Below are positions 63,335 to 64,000 of a DNA stretch of 64,000 bases, piece by piece. Position numbers and translations under genes: made by a program. Positions within the stretch are counted from its first letter, which is position 1; each line of letters begins with the position of its first letter. The DNA lies in the IMG/VR virus record IMGVR_UViG_3300028920_000022, positions 394,730 to 458,729 of that record, one strand, 5' to 3'. The notes beneath the pieces are model-generated. The model was not told the DNA's origin. It made no database searches and saw nothing but the letters and a program-made list of their open reading frames with translations.

Positions 63335-63947
63335 TTTGTTGTTCCAGGAAAAGAGACATACCATCTAACATTTTTTTATTCGAATCAGAAGACTGTTCCC
63401 ATAACCAGCCATGGTCTATTTTCTCAATAAAGTATTTATCTATTTTGGAGTTGTTGGATAAGATACTTTTTACATAATCGGGATCTAATGTATACAAAAA
63501 CTCATTTGCCGCTAATACCGAAGGATATTCTCGCCAAACTTCTGTTGGTACTCTTTCTAATATTACTTTTGCGGTTTCTGGCGAATCTGTTTCAGAAGTA
63601 ATGTTTTCTAGAATACTTCTTACAGATTCTGATCCATATTTTCCGTAGTGTTCTTGATATACGGGGTTCTCAATAATTTTCTTTAGATATTCTGTTCTTG
63701 GAGTTCCGTCTAAATCTCTTTGCCGTAACCAAAACACAACAGCATCCTTGTAAGCGCCCAGACCATATTTACCACCATGCATTATTTCGTTCATGTAATC
63801 GTCATTTGTTTGTAGATAGGCGTTGGCGAATTCGTGTTTTAATGGATATATTTGTCTCTTTAATTCTTCTAATAGAGGAACGATATCACTGAACGCAGTA
63901 TGATTTAATCTTTCAATATCATGTGTGGCATTCTGCAAATCCGACAC
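63324..63947 (-). CDS. Hypothetical protein
   Basis: Long ORF. Confidence 0.6.
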   Translation of the reverse strand: MSDLQNATHDIERLNHTAFSDIVPLLEELKRQIYPLKHEFANAYLQTNDDYMNEIMHGGKYGLGAYKDAVVFWLRQRDLDGTPRTEYLKKIIENPVYQEHYGKYGSESVRSILENITSETDSPETAKVILERVPTEVWREYPSVLAANEFLYTLDPDYVKSILSNNSKIDKYFIEKIDHGWLWEQSSDSNKKMLDGMSLFLEQQNAG

Positions 63948-64000
63948 CCAACTATTTAAATCATGTTTTCCCCACCAGACGGAATTTCCCGCATGTGCTG

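Noticed and set aside
1-64000. Genome-wide stop-codon reassignment
   Set aside because: TAA (deoC, hpt), TGA (pncB, PARP) and TAG (tnpB) all end conserved genes at expected lengths, and coding density is high in code 11; read-through appears local.

Overview
Dense, AT-rich segment of a large (jumbo-type) tailed-phage genome in the standard genetic code. Genes run mostly on + from 1-17943 and mostly on - from 17940-64000. Recognisable cargo: ADP-ribosylation/NAD genes (WGR-PARP, ADP-ribosylglycohydrolase, two macrodomains, pncB, SLOG, extra ART-like domains); translation genes (IF-1, a short class-I release factor needing an RF2-type +1 frameshift, a Pth2-like hydrolase, 5 tRNAs and one pseudo-tRNA); salvage enzymes (deoC, hpt, coaB, coaC, MazG-like); four cell-wall hydrolases; SF2 helicase, AAA ATPase, HNH nuclease, radical SAM enzyme; a tnpB-only IS200/IS605 element; and a 1727-aa mosaic protein. 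Top finding: an ochre-gated operon at 56861-58202 (-). It has a leader peptide with an in-frame TAA before an RGPP arrest-like motif, a Pth2-like gene with TAA at codon 3, and a cognate UUA-anticodon suppressor tRNA overlapping that gene's end. With the UGA-sensing frameshift in the release-factor gene, this suggests the phage monitors host termination efficiency. Also notable: three covarying structured ncRNA copies upstream of the PARP, two families of C-terminal tags (IKDIIE x12, [KR]R..ICA x8), mini-ORFs resembling capsid and tail-tube fragments, five FVSNSSSSSF-leader proteins near a radical SAM gene, and a D-arm-less tRNA-Ile. Family assignments are from motif recognition and recall only; no database searches were run.
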